Positions 14,951 to 24,246 of a stretch of DNA of 64,000 nt are shown in pieces; the first letter of the stretch is position 1; every line of letters starts with the position of its first letter. The stretch lies in sequence record NC_048016.1, one strand, 5' to 3'. The position numbers were made by a program, and so were the translations under genes. Under the pieces are notes generated by a model. It was not told the DNA's origin. It ran no database searches and saw only the letters and a list, made by a program, of their open reading frames with translations.

Positions 14951-16012
14951 CTAATTTTGTTCGAGGATACGATACAGCGGATACAGGAGACTGTGCTTGT
15001 AGTGGTTCTGTACGGGACGCTTGAGTTTATCAAGCACGCGCAGGTCCTCAAAGCGCTCAAGGTCAACCTTTAGGTTAGACTTGTCTTTTTGCATCGCTGG
15101 GTTGTCGTACTGATAACAGAACAGTGCCCATTCCCAATTCACAATCTCCCGTGGCCAGTTTGATTGCAGCGTAGACCCGCTTTCTCTAAAGAGGATACGG
15201 TCCAATGCGGTTGACGGTTCAAAGGTAGAGAAGAACTGGGGGACGTGTCGCAGTACCACACCGGGAAGTGGCGTGCCTTTCTTAAGGGCTTCGTCTATCT
15301 TGGTGGCGTGACGCACTGCAAGGTCGCGTAACGGAGGTACAGGCACAACACGGCTAGGAGCATCTTTCTCAACCTCCAGTCCTGTGGCAACCCGACGGTG
15401 GATATTCAGAAAGGCAATATCCATGTACGAGGGAAGCATACGGTACACGACGTGTTGCTGTGCGTAGACCGGAGACGTTATAGGTGTTTTGGTTCGCTGG
15501 TAGTATTCCACCCCTTTGGCGTATTGCCAGAGCAGGGCCACCAGGTTAATCTCAATGATACTTACACCCTGCGGTTTGTCCGTACCCAGTTGCCAGTTCA
15601 GATTGGTATACTCGTGGTAAAGGTAGACAGCCGGGGTGTAATCCTGAAAAGGCAGATTGGGATCAACCGGGCGTGCAACCAGCGAAATGATCTCATCTTG
15701 GCCGGTGATGAATTTGCCATTGTGTACTTGGCCGAATTCTCCCACCGAGGAAAGTTTTAGCGCGTTACCGATTCCGGCGAGTTTTCTCATGCAGGCCCAT
15801 TCGACATTGTCGTACGTTATCTCTCCTGCGTAGCCTACATTGGTGATTAACTCGAGAATCAAATGGTTCGATACCACTCGGGTACCTGAGCGTTCCAGAA
15901 AGTTGCGGATACGTTGTTGGTTATTTTTTACAGCAGCGGCAATCTGTATAGCGGACGGGTCCGCGTAGATGCCTTTGATTGCGGCCTGATTTAAATCGGC
16001 GTGACTGAACAT
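14951..16012 (-). CDS. Conserved protein divergent from chimallin (phiKZ gp52-like virion protein by synteny)
   Basis: AAGGAG RBS at MFSHADLNQ; 353 aa. Confidence 0.8.
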   Translation of the reverse strand: MFSHADLNQAAIKGIYADPSAIQIAAAVKNNQQRIRNFLERSGTRVVSNHLILELITNVGYAGEITYDNVEWACMRKLAGIGNALKLSSVGEFGQVHNGKFITGQDEIISLVARPVDPNLPFQDYTPAVYLYHEYTNLNWQLGTDKPQGVSIIEINLVALLWQYAKGVEYYQRTKTPITSPVYAQQHVVYRMLPSYMDIAFLNIHRRVATGLEVEKDAPSRVVPVPPLRDLAVRHATKIDEALKKGTPLPGVVLRHVPQFFSTFEPSTALDRILFRESGSTLQSNWPREIVNWEWALFCYQYDNPAMQKDKSNLKVDLERFEDLRVLDKLKRPVQNHYKHSLLYPLYRILEQN

Positions 16013-16065
16013 GACTGTCTCCTTTGGTTGCACATAGGAAATCCCCAATCTAAATAATTACAGAT

Positions 16066-16169
16066 TGATATTATCTATGTGACAGAACGGTGAAACTGTC
16101 TGTATATGTGTTCATAAGCGACGGCTTACCCACATTGTAAAATATCACAGGCAGATATTATTCCCGTGA
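16066..16169 (+). promoter_or_regulatory. Tandem early promoter motifs upstream of chimallin
   Basis: TGATATTAT-CTATG-TGA (16066) and AGATATTAT-TCCCG-TGA (16153). Confidence 0.7.
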
Positions 16170-16209
16170 TGCACTACATTACTCTATTAATCCTTAAGGA
16201 ATATATACC

Positions 16210-18021
16210 ATGGTCAAAGAAGTTACTCCTACTCAAACTGCACAGTCTACTACTACTCAGCAGACTACTCAGACTACCCAGTCAGCTCCACTGAACACCG
16301 GCGCAAGCTCGCTGGACTTCGGTTCTCTGGGTGCAGCAGTTACGATGGACCAGGCCTTCGGCTGGCAGTCCGTCTCTTCCATGGCGAATGATTTCGTCAC
16401 CCGTATTGCGAACCACGCCAAAGAAAATCCAAACGCTCGTCTGGACCGTTTCAAAGTTGGCATGGTCGAAGCTATCTCTCAGTCTGACTTTGCCTCCGGT
16501 GCCTACGTTGCGCTGCAGTACAAAGACCAGTGGCTGTACGGCATCATCCTGTTCGAGAAAGGCGACAGCATGCGTGTTGTGGTTAACAACAACGTTGAGT
16601 CGTACTACACCGTTGCCGGTCTGGTAAACAAAGACGTGCTGCGCAGCGTTGAAGCAGCAGCCGGTGAAAAGCATGGCATCGGTAACATGGCCTTCATCTC
16701 CCTGAACGCTGTGCCGGATCTCGGCAAGCAGATGGACGATGCATGGGCACTGCAGCTGATGGGTCAGATGCTGACCGGTATCGCTGGTCGTATCGCCGGT
16801 GCACTGGGCGACGCTAAGCTGTCTAAATCTGACCGCTTTGCCATCAACGTGGCTGGCGTTCCATCTGGTGTTGTGGTTGATACCAATGCGCACCCACAGC
16901 GTGCTGGTTTCGCACTGTCTGTGAACCATCAGCAGCAGACCCAGAACGAAGCAGGCCCAACCCTGCTGAGTAATGGTGGTGACCGTACGCTGCCTAAGAC
17001 CGTTGCAACTGGTTTCGTTAACCTGCGCTACACCGGTCTGAAGCCACAGGTTCAGGGCGTTACTGACCTGAAACAGCTGCAGGGCGAAGTGGTGGTCTCT
17101 CTGGTCGATTCTCAGATGGCCGGTTCTAAAGCACCGTACGAACGTCACCTGCTGGCACTGGCTGCCTTCGCTGACATCGCACAGATCGGTGGATGGCGCA
17201 GTGAGCTGAAGAACTCTCTGAACAACAGCGACCGTAAGTTCTCTGCGGTAGCATCGTACCTGAGCTGGGGCGGTGAGAAAGTTGATGTTAAGAAGTTGGA
17301 CGGCAACCGCGATGCAATCGACATGGCACTGGATACCTTCTGCCCGGCTCAGGCTGCGCTGGTTGTATCACATCGTGCAGGTAACGGTCTGGGTGGTCTG
17401 TCAACTCTGCTGGCAGAAATCGCAGTGGGCAACGTGAACTCTCTGGCACAGCTGCTGAACATCGCAGACGCCATGTTCCCGGGCGACACCAAGTTCCGTA
17501 ACATCCTGGCTACCAATCTCGGCGGCGTGACTGAAATCAAAACCAGCCACATCGTTGCAGCTGCAGTACCGACTATCGCTGGCCTGTACGTAGGTACCGG
17601 TGAGAAGCGTTCTGCTGCTGATATGGATCTGGTATCTGTGCTGACCCACCTCGGCGACAAACAGTCTGATGCGTACCGCTACATGCATGCGCAGTCATTC
17701 TCTAACCGTCAGATGGATCAGAAAGAACAGCGTATCTACCTGCTGAAACTGGCAGCGTCCATGTACGGCGGTCGTGAGTTCCGTCCTACTGGCGAATCAC
17801 TGGATATGGCTATCCATCCGGTGTTCGCTAAGACTGTACTGGATTGCGTACGCGGTTCTGTATCTGCATGGCAGCTGAACGGTGTCGAAGCGCACGACGC
17901 GATGACCAACAGCCTGTTCACCAACAACGGCAACGAAACCTTCGTTCTGTCTGGCGGCGGCAGCAATGGTTCATTCAACAACTTCGACCTGAGCCTGACT
18001 ACCAACTCCTTCACCCTGTAA
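16210..18021 (+). CDS. chmA: Chimallin (phage nuclear shell protein)
   Basis: 603 aa, immediately upstream of the nvRNAP beta' N-terminal subunit. Extended T/Q-rich N-terminal arm and C-terminal tail, strong codon bias, double promoter. Confidence 0.8.
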   Translation: MVKEVTPTQTAQSTTTQQTTQTTQSAPLNTGASSLDFGSLGAAVTMDQAFGWQSVSSMANDFVTRIANHAKENPNARLDRFKVGMVEAISQSDFASGAYVALQYKDQWLYGIILFEKGDSMRVVVNNNVESYYTVAGLVNKDVLRSVEAAAGEKHGIGNMAFISLNAVPDLGKQMDDAWALQLMGQMLTGIAGRIAGALGDAKLSKSDRFAINVAGVPSGVVVDTNAHPQRAGFALSVNHQQQTQNEAGPTLLSNGGDRTLPKTVATGFVNLRYTGLKPQVQGVTDLKQLQGEVVVSLVDSQMAGSKAPYERHLLALAAFADIAQIGGWRSELKNSLNNSDRKFSAVASYLSWGGEKVDVKKLDGNRDAIDMALDTFCPAQAALVVSHRAGNGLGGLSTLLAEIAVGNVNSLAQLLNIADAMFPGDTKFRNILATNLGGVTEIKTSHIVAAAVPTIAGLYVGTGEKRSAADMDLVSVLTHLGDKQSDAYRYMHAQSFSNRQMDQKEQRIYLLKLAASMYGGREFRPTGESLDMAIHPVFAKTVLDCVRGSVSAWQLNGVEAHDAMTNSLFTNNGNETFVLSGGGSNGSFNNFDLSLTTNSFTL

Positions 18022-18050
18022 GGTGCTGTGTAGTTAAACTGTAAGAAAAA

Positions 18051-18090
18051 AAAAGCAGGGGTTAACGCCCCTGCTTTTCCCTCTTTTTTT
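18051..18090 (+). terminator. Terminator after chimallin
   Basis: AAAAGCAGGGG-TTAACG-CCCCTGCTTTT plus a T run. Confidence 0.85.
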
Positions 18091-18105
18091 GTTAGTGAGG
18101 AATCT

Positions 18106-19695
18106 GTGCATAAAACCCCTAAGTTCTACGGCATCTCGGGCCGACTAGAATGCCAAGATAATTATCTGAAGGATTTGTTCATCGAGGCCGCTGCGAAGAA
18201 CATTAAACCTCCGACAGTTATCAATGATGTGGCACGTTCTGGTGACCCGATTAAAGTCGCTGAAGAAATTGACTTGTTGGTGCAAAACCGCATACGCGAT
18301 GAGCAGCTCAACAGTGCACCGATTTGCAGCATCACCTGTGAGCGTCCGATTGCCCATCGTTATAACTTGGGTGTTGTCTGTCCAACCTGCGGGTACGCTG
18401 TAACCGAACACCGCATTGAGTCCGAAGTCTGGATTCGTGCCCCAGAAGAGATGGAGTTCTTTGTCAGTCCCCGCTTCTGGGCAATGTTCAACGCCTTCTT
18501 CGGCGGTAAGATGAAGAAGTTTGACCGTAACAAAGTCACTGTGCAGCGTGGCTCGGATTTGATGATGTGGATGCTCGACCCGTATTACCGTCCAGAAGAT
18601 TCAGATTCGAAACGTATGCAGGTGGTGAAGCGGATCTTATTGGAACGCGGCTTTGAGCGTGGGATCAGAAACTTCGTTGACCGTCACCAGTCCGTATTTG
18701 CTGTTCTGACGGACCCAGAAGTCTGGAAGGAGATTTATCCGAGCAACCGTAATACGTCGGGTGCCAGTGAGATACTCCGCCAGCAATGGAAGACGTTCTT
18801 TGAATCCCAAGCACACGGCATGTTCACCCGCCATCTCCCGATTATCTCACCAAAGCTGATTGTGTCGGAAGAAGGGCGTCGTGGAATAATGATTGACCCG
18901 GTCTTTACCGGTGCAATTGATGCGGTGAAGAACATCAGCTTACTGTATACCCGCGGTAAGATGATTGAACCTCGCTTCTTAATCAGCCGTGCGATCAAAG
19001 CCAACCAACAGCTGGCGTATTTCCACATGGACTTCCGTCGTGAAGTGCTGGAACAGAAACCCGGTTATTATCGTGGTAAGGTCAGTGCAACACATATCCC
19101 GTTCTCGGGTCGTGCGACTATCTCACCTATCTCTGAACCGCATGATGCATGGAAGCTTAAAGCGCCGTGGCGTTGGATGGTTGGGTTGATGTCGGTTGAC
19201 ATCGAAAACAAACTGATGCGTCGTGGGTATTCACCACGGGAATGTGAACGCGTCATTGCAATGGCCTGCATGCAGTTTATGCCGGAAGTCAAAGAGATTC
19301 TCGATGAGTTGATTCGTGAGTCACCGGGTGGCATTGGTATTCCTGTTGTGCCTCTGCGTAACCCAACGCTTGTGCAGTTGTCAGTGCAGTTGCTGTACAT
19401 TGATGAAGTTGTAACTGATGTGAACCAGTGTTCTATCCGAATCTCCGACCGCGTTATCAAATGTGCGAACGGCGACTTCGATGGTGACCAGTTCATGGTG
19501 TACCGTCCAGTTGACAAACTCGAGATGGATCTTGCCGAAGCGTATCGTCCTGATAACGGCTTCATGTCTTCGACCAATGTGGATAAGGTAGAAGGTGGCA
19601 TGATTTTACATAACGAGCTCATCAGTATGCAGAACCAGTTCCTCATTGAAGCGGATGAGGATGACGAAGTCGGTGTGGCTTTAGAAGATCTTTAG
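18106..19695 (+). CDS. Non-virion RNA polymerase beta' N-terminal subunit (phiKZ gp55-like)
   Basis: Catalytic NGDFDGD motif, RNP.L motif, Zn-ribbon C..C...CPTC, FSGRATISP. Confidence 0.92.
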   Translation: MHKTPKFYGISGRLECQDNYLKDLFIEAAAKNIKPPTVINDVARSGDPIKVAEEIDLLVQNRIRDEQLNSAPICSITCERPIAHRYNLGVVCPTCGYAVTEHRIESEVWIRAPEEMEFFVSPRFWAMFNAFFGGKMKKFDRNKVTVQRGSDLMMWMLDPYYRPEDSDSKRMQVVKRILLERGFERGIRNFVDRHQSVFAVLTDPEVWKEIYPSNRNTSGASEILRQQWKTFFESQAHGMFTRHLPIISPKLIVSEEGRRGIMIDPVFTGAIDAVKNISLLYTRGKMIEPRFLISRAIKANQQLAYFHMDFRREVLEQKPGYYRGKVSATHIPFSGRATISPISEPHDAWKLKAPWRWMVGLMSVDIENKLMRRGYSPRECERVIAMACMQFMPEVKEILDELIRESPGGIGIPVVPLRNPTLVQLSVQLLYIDEVVTDVNQCSIRISDRVIKCANGDFDGDQFMVYRPVDKLEMDLAEAYRPDNGFMSSTNVDKVEGGMILHNELISMQNQFLIEADEDDEVGVALEDL

Positions 19696-19722
19696 TAACA
19701 ACTGTAAGGAGTAACCAACGAA

Positions 19723-20313
19723 ATGGGCATGTGGAATCAGGCACTGAGCCCGTGGCATCAGCAAACCGAGGGCGGAGGGTTCTTTGATATCATCAAGGAC
19801 ACTTTCGACTTAAGTAAGTTATCCCCGGGGCTGTTGGAACGAGTGACAGAGCACGATAACGAATTAGTCTCACTGGACACATTCCGTAAGACGAACGCTG
19901 CGGCGCGTAAAGTGCTGTACGATGGTCTGGACGATGTCATCCGGATTCTGGACAACTTGGGCGAGTTCCAGTTTGCACCAGAGTCTGTGCAGGGGTATCT
20001 GGTTGCAATGCCAGAGTACCGCAACCTGTATAACCAGAACATGGCGGCTGGCTTTGAGAATGGATTTGCGAAAGTAGACCCGTACCGTGGTAATGCGTAT
20101 ATGCACACGGATACCAACTACCGAGAAATCACCAGTGACCTCCAGACCGAATACGATGAAGACCGTATTTGGCACTGGGCAGGTGACGAAGCGCGCACCA
20201 AACGACCCACGATGGTTGAGAAGCATATCGTGGTCAACATGAACTGGGCGAAGATGCGTGACATGGATTGGGAAGATGATGACCCACTGTCACAACTTGG
20301 CGCGTCCTGCTAA
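19723..20313 (+). CDS. Conserved hypothetical protein
   Basis: AAGGAG RBS, 196 aa. Confidence 0.85.
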   Translation: MGMWNQALSPWHQQTEGGGFFDIIKDTFDLSKLSPGLLERVTEHDNELVSLDTFRKTNAAARKVLYDGLDDVIRILDNLGEFQFAPESVQGYLVAMPEYRNLYNQNMAAGFENGFAKVDPYRGNAYMHTDTNYREITSDLQTEYDEDRIWHWAGDEARTKRPTMVEKHIVVNMNWAKMRDMDWEDDDPLSQLGASC

Positions 20314-20317
20314 ATAA

Positions 20318-20346
20318 AGAGAGGGGTTGGTCGCCCCTCTTTTTTT
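20318..20346 (+). terminator. Intrinsic terminator
   Basis: AGAGGGG/CCCCTCT plus a T run. Confidence 0.8.
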
Positions 20347-20359
20347 GCTGGAGTTTGAA

Positions 20360-20734
20360 ATGGGAAAAGCAGTTGGCACCCTATCAGTCCGCGGCTGGGC
20401 GAAAACACCTGAAGACATGATTCGTGAGCTGATGAATCATTATACTGAAGCAGGTGCAAGTCAATCGGTTATCTACCGCGGCAAAATTAAGTCGCTGGCC
20501 TACACCAAAGCAATGCTGGCACAAAGCCCAGATGCGATGGCAGAACAGGTCAAGCAAGATTTGACGGATTTGTACGGCGTGTACTTCGACAGTGTCGAGT
20601 GTAACGTGGATGTCACGTACGAAACCGATTCCGATGTTCGGTTCAATCTCAACATTCAGTTAAGCGTGGTCTATAACGGTGTGCGTATGGATGCGGTGAA
20701 CTACGTTGAGACTGTTGATGGAGAAAGTGCATGA
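20360..20734 (+). CDS. Conserved small virion protein, possibly gp25-like baseplate wedge fold
   Basis: GGAG RBS at 20360. The TLSVRGW...SQS.IYRGKIKSL pattern is recalled from phiKZ-family virion proteins. Confidence 0.65.
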   Translation: MGKAVGTLSVRGWAKTPEDMIRELMNHYTEAGASQSVIYRGKIKSLAYTKAMLAQSPDAMAEQVKQDLTDLYGVYFDSVECNVDVTYETDSDVRFNLNIQLSVVYNGVRMDAVNYVETVDGESA

Positions 20735-21390
20735 GTCACGAATACGATGCAATAAAAGATAAGCTGACCGCCGAAGGTCGCTTTCACGTTGAACGCCTGT
20801 TAGAGATGGAGGAAGAAATGGCACCTGCAATCAGTGGGGCAAGCCGTTTCCCTGAATCCCACTTCCGTCGTCAGGGCTTACCCCTGCTGGCGATGATGTT
20901 GGACGACACCTTCGATCCGCAGTTGTGGGCGCAATACGTGGGCTCGATGTTTGTGCCGTTGGAAGTGGTATCTGACAACGACTACGACGACGTGCTGTTT
21001 ACGTTCCCCCCTGTGCTCTATACCGGGCCGTCACTGCGTCAGGTTGAAGGGCAGGCGTCACTCTCTGAAGAGTCGAACGAAATCTACAACCAAACCCTGA
21101 TCATGTCGAGCACCGGTCACAGCATGATGGCGAGTCTTATCAAAGACACGCTGGGCGGGATTGAAGATTTGTCGTTCCGTGAAAACACGGTACGGGCCTA
21201 CAACACCATCAAGACACTGAACTTCGTGTTCGAGCGCTACGGCTTAACTGGCCGTGTTCCGATGCCGGAAGGATTGGAAGAAACAGCACTGCGCATTGCC
21301 GGTAAAGCAACACCGACAAAAGCAGCAGCCGCAGGCACAAGCGCAGGATCAGAAGGTGGGTATCATGGTGGTGGCGGAGAAGATCTTTAG
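20731..21390 (+). CDS. Conserved hypothetical protein
   Basis: 219 aa, ATGA coupling. Confidence 0.85.
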   Translation: MSHEYDAIKDKLTAEGRFHVERLLEMEEEMAPAISGASRFPESHFRRQGLPLLAMMLDDTFDPQLWAQYVGSMFVPLEVVSDNDYDDVLFTFPPVLYTGPSLRQVEGQASLSEESNEIYNQTLIMSSTGHSMMASLIKDTLGGIEDLSFRENTVRAYNTIKTLNFVFERYGLTGRVPMPEGLEETALRIAGKATPTKAAAAGTSAGSEGGYHGGGGEDL

Positions 21391-22531
21391 TTTTCGGCCA
21401 ATTGCAAAGGCAGCCAGCCTGACGCGTATGTTGGTTTTCAGTGATGTGCATCTATTGCATCGCCGGGTACCGACGTGGCACATGGTGACTTACCTGCGCG
21501 ATATGATTGAAGCCTGTGGTAACACAGTTGACGCCATTTATATAGCAGGGGATCTATTTGACGATTCCCGCTATCTGCGCCAATCTGATTCGCAAGAGTC
21601 CGTTGGCTTTGTGACTTGGCTGTTGTGGTGGTGCAAGTCTACCAACACCGCCCTGCGTATCCTTGAAGGCACACCTTCTCATGACCACGGTCAATCGAAA
21701 ATTGTCGAAACTCTAAACCTCGCGATAGGGGCAGAGTGTCTTTATTTAGACAAAATCGGCATCTTTTACGATGAGGTGATTAACGCCACGGTTGGTTGGG
21801 TGCAAGACGAGTACAAGGCCAATGGTGCAGATAGTATAAATGCGGTTGCTACGGAACAAGAGATGGCCGAACTCATGGCCACCCGGTGTTTGGATAAGGT
21901 TGATTTCTTCTTCATGCACGGTTGTTTCAAGTTTCAACTTCCCATGATTGACTCACCAAGAAGTTTTGATGAGGCTTTCTGGCTGTCCCGTACCCGACAT
22001 GGTATCTATATCGGCCATGACCATCGGCGTAAGACGTTGGATAAAATCACCGTTACCGGTTCTACGGACCGATTAACTGTGGGGGAAGAAGAACCCAAAG
22101 GCATGACCATCGTGGACTTTAATGACACGTTGAGTCGCAACTGGTTCTACGAGAATCCGTACGCATGTCCGCAACGCAAGGTGCGGCATAACGATGACCA
22201 AGACGCGCACTACGAGGCGTGTATTGAAGCATTGCGGTTTATCGATGAACACCCAGCGTCACAAATCGGTTGGCTTGAGATTGAATATCAGGCCGGCTCT
22301 CCGATAGCGGGGCATATCGCCCGCTGGAAGAAGCAATACTCCTTTCACATCGAGGGGAGCAAGGTTGCAACTGCCGAAGAGAAAGAGTTGCTCACGCAGG
22401 CCTTTTCAAACGAGGCAAGTGTGGTCGAAGCGATTACGCCCGAGAATACCGAGCGTATCTTGTTGGAAGAGATGGCTGGGATGAAATACAACCCTACTAT
22501 CGTTTCTGAGATTATCAGGAAGGTCTTATGA
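21365..22531 (+). CDS. SbcD/Mre11-like metallophosphoesterase nuclease
   Basis: Motifs SDVH, GDLFD, GTPSHD, MHG and GHDH. Confidence 0.88.
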   Translation: MVVAEKIFSFRPIAKAASLTRMLVFSDVHLLHRRVPTWHMVTYLRDMIEACGNTVDAIYIAGDLFDDSRYLRQSDSQESVGFVTWLLWWCKSTNTALRILEGTPSHDHGQSKIVETLNLAIGAECLYLDKIGIFYDEVINATVGWVQDEYKANGADSINAVATEQEMAELMATRCLDKVDFFFMHGCFKFQLPMIDSPRSFDEAFWLSRTRHGIYIGHDHRRKTLDKITVTGSTDRLTVGEEEPKGMTIVDFNDTLSRNWFYENPYACPQRKVRHNDDQDAHYEACIEALRFIDEHPASQIGWLEIEYQAGSPIAGHIARWKKQYSFHIEGSKVATAEEKELLTQAFSNEASVVEAITPENTERILLEEMAGMKYNPTIVSEIIRKVL

Positions 22532-23346
22532 CACCCATTAGCACTGACCGTGTTTTTGGGCATTATCCTGTCTCTATCGCCAGTTCGCTGGCGATCGAAG
22601 GTTTAACACACACTGGTGAATTTGCCAGTTGGGGGCCGAAGCCTCCGATTCATGACTATCAGGTATTGTACCTGAACCTCCGGACTCTGTTCCGTAACGC
22701 TTTCTACGCGTTTGAAGATAATCGTGAAAGATTGACACCCGACGTTATACTGACATCGATTGAAGAAGATATTAAAAATATTCTGGCTGCGGCATCGTCC
22801 GCGGCCCCTTCGATGTTATGTGTCCCGTACCTGTGTCAGTACAATTCAGTGAACAAAACGTTCCCTGAAGCGGCGTTTCGCAATGCGAATACCCCGTCAC
22901 AGATTTTCTACAATTCGCTGGAGCAAGACGTTTACAAACAGGTCGTGGGGCAACAGTTGTGGGGTGTTGAATTGTTCGACTGTGCGCCGAAGGGCGAACA
23001 TGACACGGTACTGCTCACCCATATGCCGTCGGACTTATTAGCCCGATCGGAGTTCCCGAAACTCGCCCTGATTGAATCCCATACAGGCAAACTGAAAACC
23101 CATCTGGAATGGTACACCAAGGTAAACGGCAAGTCCGCTCAGATTCCGTTTAACAAGGCATTCCTGACGTTGTTCGGTGACGGGGTAATGTTCCATCCGC
23201 TTGACAGGAAGGTTCGTAGTGTGGTGACAAAGACAGCGGAGAAATACCACTGGACTCAAACCACGACCATGGACCGCATTAACAATTGCCTGAGACTGGT
23301 GAACGAGCCGCACGTGGTGGATTACCTGCGCAAACTCGCTCGCTAG
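22528..23346 (+). CDS. Conserved protein, possible PIN/5'-3' exonuclease-like fold
   Basis: 272 aa. YLNLRTLFRN, LLTH...D and TLFGD loosely resemble FEN/H3TH motifs; function is tentative. Confidence 0.6.
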   Translation: MTPISTDRVFGHYPVSIASSLAIEGLTHTGEFASWGPKPPIHDYQVLYLNLRTLFRNAFYAFEDNRERLTPDVILTSIEEDIKNILAAASSAAPSMLCVPYLCQYNSVNKTFPEAAFRNANTPSQIFYNSLEQDVYKQVVGQQLWGVELFDCAPKGEHDTVLLTHMPSDLLARSEFPKLALIESHTGKLKTHLEWYTKVNGKSAQIPFNKAFLTLFGDGVMFHPLDRKVRSVVTKTAEKYHWTQTTTMDRINNCLRLVNEPHVVDYLRKLAR

Positions 23347-23409
23347 TTTTTTACATTACCGGGTCTTAATTTGAAGGTAAGACCTAGAGTATTTACGAAG
23401 GATAAAATA

Positions 23410-24114
23410 ATGAACGCACAAATCTTTAACGAACGCACGCTCTTTCCCCTGTCAGAGCCGGATAATCAGGGCAAGCAACGCAAGTTTAACATTGAGCCGA
23501 ACGTCTTCAATGGTGACTGTGAAGGCTTGAAGTTTTCTTACAGCTGGGGCAAAGGCGAAGGCGTGTACTTCGATGCGCCGTATGGCACCTGCCGTCAGAT
23601 TATCGAAGCGTTCCATGACGCACTGAAAAAGCCTGAGAAGTCTACCCTCTCGTTTGAGAACGGTCGTGGTAACAAAGCCCCGAGCGTTGTGCACGTGGGT
23701 CGTGGTGAAGATCTGGTTCCGTTTATGGCACTGTCCGGTGAAGTCAACGGCCAGAAGCGCACCAAGAAGTTCTTCTTCTACCCAGCGAAAGGTTTCCGTA
23801 TCCTGCGTGACGGTCAGCCACTGAGCGATCTGGAAATCCGTGAGCGTTGTGCCCGTTCATTCATCACTGATTTTGAACTGTTCCTGCAACACCTGATTGA
23901 AGTCTATAAACCGCGTGATTTCAATAACGCCGGTGGCTTCGGTAAAGGTGGTGGCGGTGGTTATCAGCGTGGCGGTCAGTCACAGGGTAACGGCAATCAG
24001 GGCGGCGGCTACCAGAACAACCAAGGTGGTGGCCAGCAAGGCGGTTATCAGAACAACAATAACAACAATCGTCAGGCACCGCCTGACCAGTCGTTTGACG
24101 ACATTATGCTTTAA
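23410..24114 (+). CDS. chmC: ChmC-like nucleic-acid-binding protein (Whirly-type) with a G/N/Q-rich tail
   Basis: Directly upstream of the gp68-like subunit; low-complexity C-terminus with GGYQ x3 and acidic end SFDDIML. Confidence 0.65.
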   Translation: MNAQIFNERTLFPLSEPDNQGKQRKFNIEPNVFNGDCEGLKFSYSWGKGEGVYFDAPYGTCRQIIEAFHDALKKPEKSTLSFENGRGNKAPSVVHVGRGEDLVPFMALSGEVNGQKRTKKFFFYPAKGFRILRDGQPLSDLEIRERCARSFITDFELFLQHLIEVYKPRDFNNAGGFGKGGGGGYQRGGQSQGNGNQGGGYQNNQGGGQQGGYQNNNNNNRQAPPDQSFDDIML

Positions 24115-24123
24115 TAAAGCGAT

Positions 24124-24171
24124 GGGTGTGACCTACGGGTCACACCCCTTTAGCAGTTATGTGTACTGCTA
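24124..24171 (+). terminator. Tandem hairpins after chmC
   Basis: GGGTGTGACC-TACG-GGTCACACCC and TAGCAGT/ACTGCTA. Confidence 0.55.
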
Positions 24172-24202
24172 GCATTTAGACCCACTCGATAAGATCTGAA
24201 AT

Positions 24203-24219
24203 AGATATTATCATCGTGA
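24203..24219 (+). promoter_or_regulatory. Putative early promoter motif
   Basis: AGATATTAT-CATCG-TGA. Confidence 0.7.
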
Positions 24220-24246
24220 ACAATCAACTGGTATCGGAGTTTTCGC

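Noticed and set aside
14885-15073. Short + strand ORF with TATTATATGAAG upstream
   Set aside because: It starts inside a terminator and runs antisense into a conserved gene.
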